In this document: piece by piece, positions 61,900 through 64,000 of the stretch
Numbering within the stretch: the first letter of the stretch is position 1
Layout of the letters: each line of letters starts with the position of its first letter
Assembly: GCA_964016885.1 (NCBI GenBank)
Contig: OZ024743.1
Span: forward strand, 58,900,001-58,964,000
Direction of reading: 5' to 3'
DNA: 64,000 nt
Source of the DNA: Eledone cirrhosa
Taxonomy: Eukaryota
Program-made: the position numbers and the translations under genes
Notes under the pieces: generated by a model
Told to the model about the DNA's origin: nothing
What the model saw: the letters and a program-made list of their open reading frames with translations, nothing else
Databases searched by the model: none

Positions 61900-63810
61900 A
61901 AACAAAAAAGAGAAATAGGACGAAGGTAAACAGTTACAAAAGGATTTAATCCACGTATTAACAATTGTTTCATCAGAATTTCAGTCCATTATTGCTACAC
62001 TATGTCATAATAGGCAATCAAGAAAGATACTGTAACATCCGAATTTTCAAAATACAAACTTGAAATGACCTTAGGAAATGAAATAAGGGGTAGTAGTGTA
62101 AGATAGAGGAACGGGTAGAGCGAGGGGCACAATAGAGAGAGAGAGAGAGAAAAGGGACGGAGGTAGGGAGAGAAAGAGAAAGAGATAGGGTGGTGTGAGA
62201 GGATTTGTATAGAATATAGTTAAGTTACAAGAAGGGAGGGGGAGGAGGATTGTGTGCTAAAAGTTGTGATGAGTAGAGGGAGAGATAAGGAAGATAGAAT
62301 TTTAAGTGGCATTTGGTAATGGACAGGCAAAAGTTTTACCAGAGAATAGATGAAGGAAGAAAGTATTAAATTTCATAGATAGTCTATTTTTAGGAGTGTA
62401 GAATTGTTATTTAGGGTAGAAAAGTAGTGTTAAGATTTAGTTGAAGGTTTGAAGTGTGAGAATTTCGCTTTCAGTTTATGCTGGCAAAAGATTGACCTTT
62501 CAATTTTGTTGTTGAGTAGTTGGTGGCCTGAGCTTAGGATATGGAAGAGCTCATTATTACACAACGGGCACGTTTTCATCCCACTCCGGTGTGGAGGAGC
62601 ATGTGAGAGTTTGGTCCATTTAAGGGTGTATTGTCGGTTACTGCCTTTTAAGTGCCAAATTTTGTCGGCGAGGGTCGTTACGTAACGGTGTTGGGAGTGC
62701 TTTATTGCGTAACGATGCGTGTACCAACGAGTTTTGAAGGTGTTTGAGGTGCTGCCTATGTAGTGCCAGGTTTGGTTGTCCGACTCAACCGAGCATCTGT
62801 ACACTAGGTTTGAATGCAAACATTCGTTATTCAATGGACAATTCTCTGGAAGGTGGCAATTACAGTTTCTGTAATGGGTAGTGGTGGAGTTATAGGTGGG
62901 CTGGGATGTGTGTGTGAGTGTGTTTTGTGCATACTGTTTGTTATTGGGTGGATGTGTATTAGGTGTATTATTGTGTTGAGTGATTGGGGTGTCGTTGTTA
63001 CGGAGTTTTTTGGCGTTGAGCATCTTAATGTGTGCGTCTAGGTTTGGTGCAGTGGAATAAGATAGTCTAATTGTTTTGGTATTGAGTATACTACTATATT
63101 TATATGAATTTGGAAAGTGTTTTCTTATAATTTTGTAGAATGTGGAAGGTAAGTTAAAGCTAATAGAAGAGTTAAAAATAGGATTATACCAAATGTAGGA
63201 TCTACTCCGTATTCTGTTTTGCTTTGGTGTTGCTGTTGTATTTGTGGTGTGGTTAGTATTAGGGGGGTCTAGGTGCGTGTGTGCGGGTGTTTGTGGGGTG
63301 TTTGGCGTGGCTATGGTTATGTGTTTTATGGTTGTGTCGGTCTATGTATTCTAGTTTGTCGGTATGGCCAGCCCGTTCTAATGCAGTGTTGTAATATTCA
63401 GTGTGTTGATAAAATATTTGTTGGTTAGATGAGAGGCGGGATATTCTAAGTGATATACTATGTGGCACGGACCTTATAATAGATAGTGGGTGGTTAGAGC
63501 TAGTGTGGGTGTAGGTGAGGTTCTCATTGTTTTGTGAAAGGGTGTGATAATTTGTGTGTTGAGATTGAAGGTGGCATCTAGGAAGTTAACTACTTTGGTA
63601 CTATATTCGTAGGTGATTTTAAGGCCAAGGCTGTATAGGGTTCTTCTAATGCTCTTACGGGTTCGCTCTATGTTTTGTTTATTCCTGTTTTTAACTAATA
63701 GGAGAGCGTCATCTCTATATATTCCGCGTCATATCTATATATTCCGCCTTGAATGTAACTAAATTTATTATGTAAGGTGTGGGCTATGTAAATACCAACA
63801 ATATCCATAT
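61900..63810 (-). mobile_element. Penelope-like element (Naiad-type), 5'-truncated, frameshifted
   Basis: GIYRDDALL (~63710), SNHP (~63495), ORF 63259-63468, YIWYNP.FN, ORF 62430-63023 with CNCHLPENCPL..CL..LVYRCSV..HYIGST..FKTR..CPLC..E..CQH. Confidence 0.88.
61955..62055 (-). ncRNA. Degenerate hammerhead with extended stem II
   Basis: Minus: GTATT-TTGAAAA-TTCGGA...TCTGAT-GAAA-CAATTG-TT-AATAC; at the expected position near the 3' terminus. Confidence 0.45.
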
Positions 63811-63827
63811 GTATATATGTATATATA

Positions 63828-63936
63828 TTGTTTCTGCTTTGGGAACAAGCCCAGCAATTACCCAGTACATTACTGGTACTTTATTTTATCGACCCCGTAA
63901 GGATGAAATGCAAAGTTTAGAAGGATTTGAACTCAG
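63828..63936 (-). mobile_element. SINE, partial
   Basis: Tail and core match the other copies. Confidence 0.8.
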
Positions 63937-64000
63937 TTATATATATGTTTTCTAAATGATAGTTTCTGATTTAGGCACAGGGCCTAAATAATCATAACAA

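Overview
This is eukaryotic, AT-rich, repeat-dense DNA, most likely from an octopod cephalopod (the dominant tRNA-derived SINE resembles Octopus SINEs as I recall them). I can support no host protein-coding gene; all convincing ORFs belong to transposable elements. Bases 1-14.6 kb are a packed array of non-LTR retrotransposons separated by (AAT)n. It holds four R4/Dong-type RT + restriction-like endonuclease (RLE) elements on +, one with an uninterrupted ~900-codon frame, and three pieces of L1/Tx1-type elements on -. Bases 15-64 kb are dominated by (TA)n microsatellites carrying Penelope-like elements (Naiad-type RT + GIY-YIG) and Helitrons. Many Penelope-like elements have inverted terminal duplications, and about a dozen type I hammerhead ribozyme motifs are readable. 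Main leads: (i) two unrelated LINE clades share one AAT/ATT target on opposite strands; (ii) the SINE's TSDs begin with (A)TTA and its tail resembles the Tx1-type LINE 3' end, a candidate SINE-LINE partnership; (iii) ORF-less fold-back mini-elements carry hammerheads on both strands; (iv) several Penelope-like families share a rule in which the inverted terminal copy lacks a ~55-110 nt tail. All alignments were done by eye; family names come from motif recognition, not database searches.
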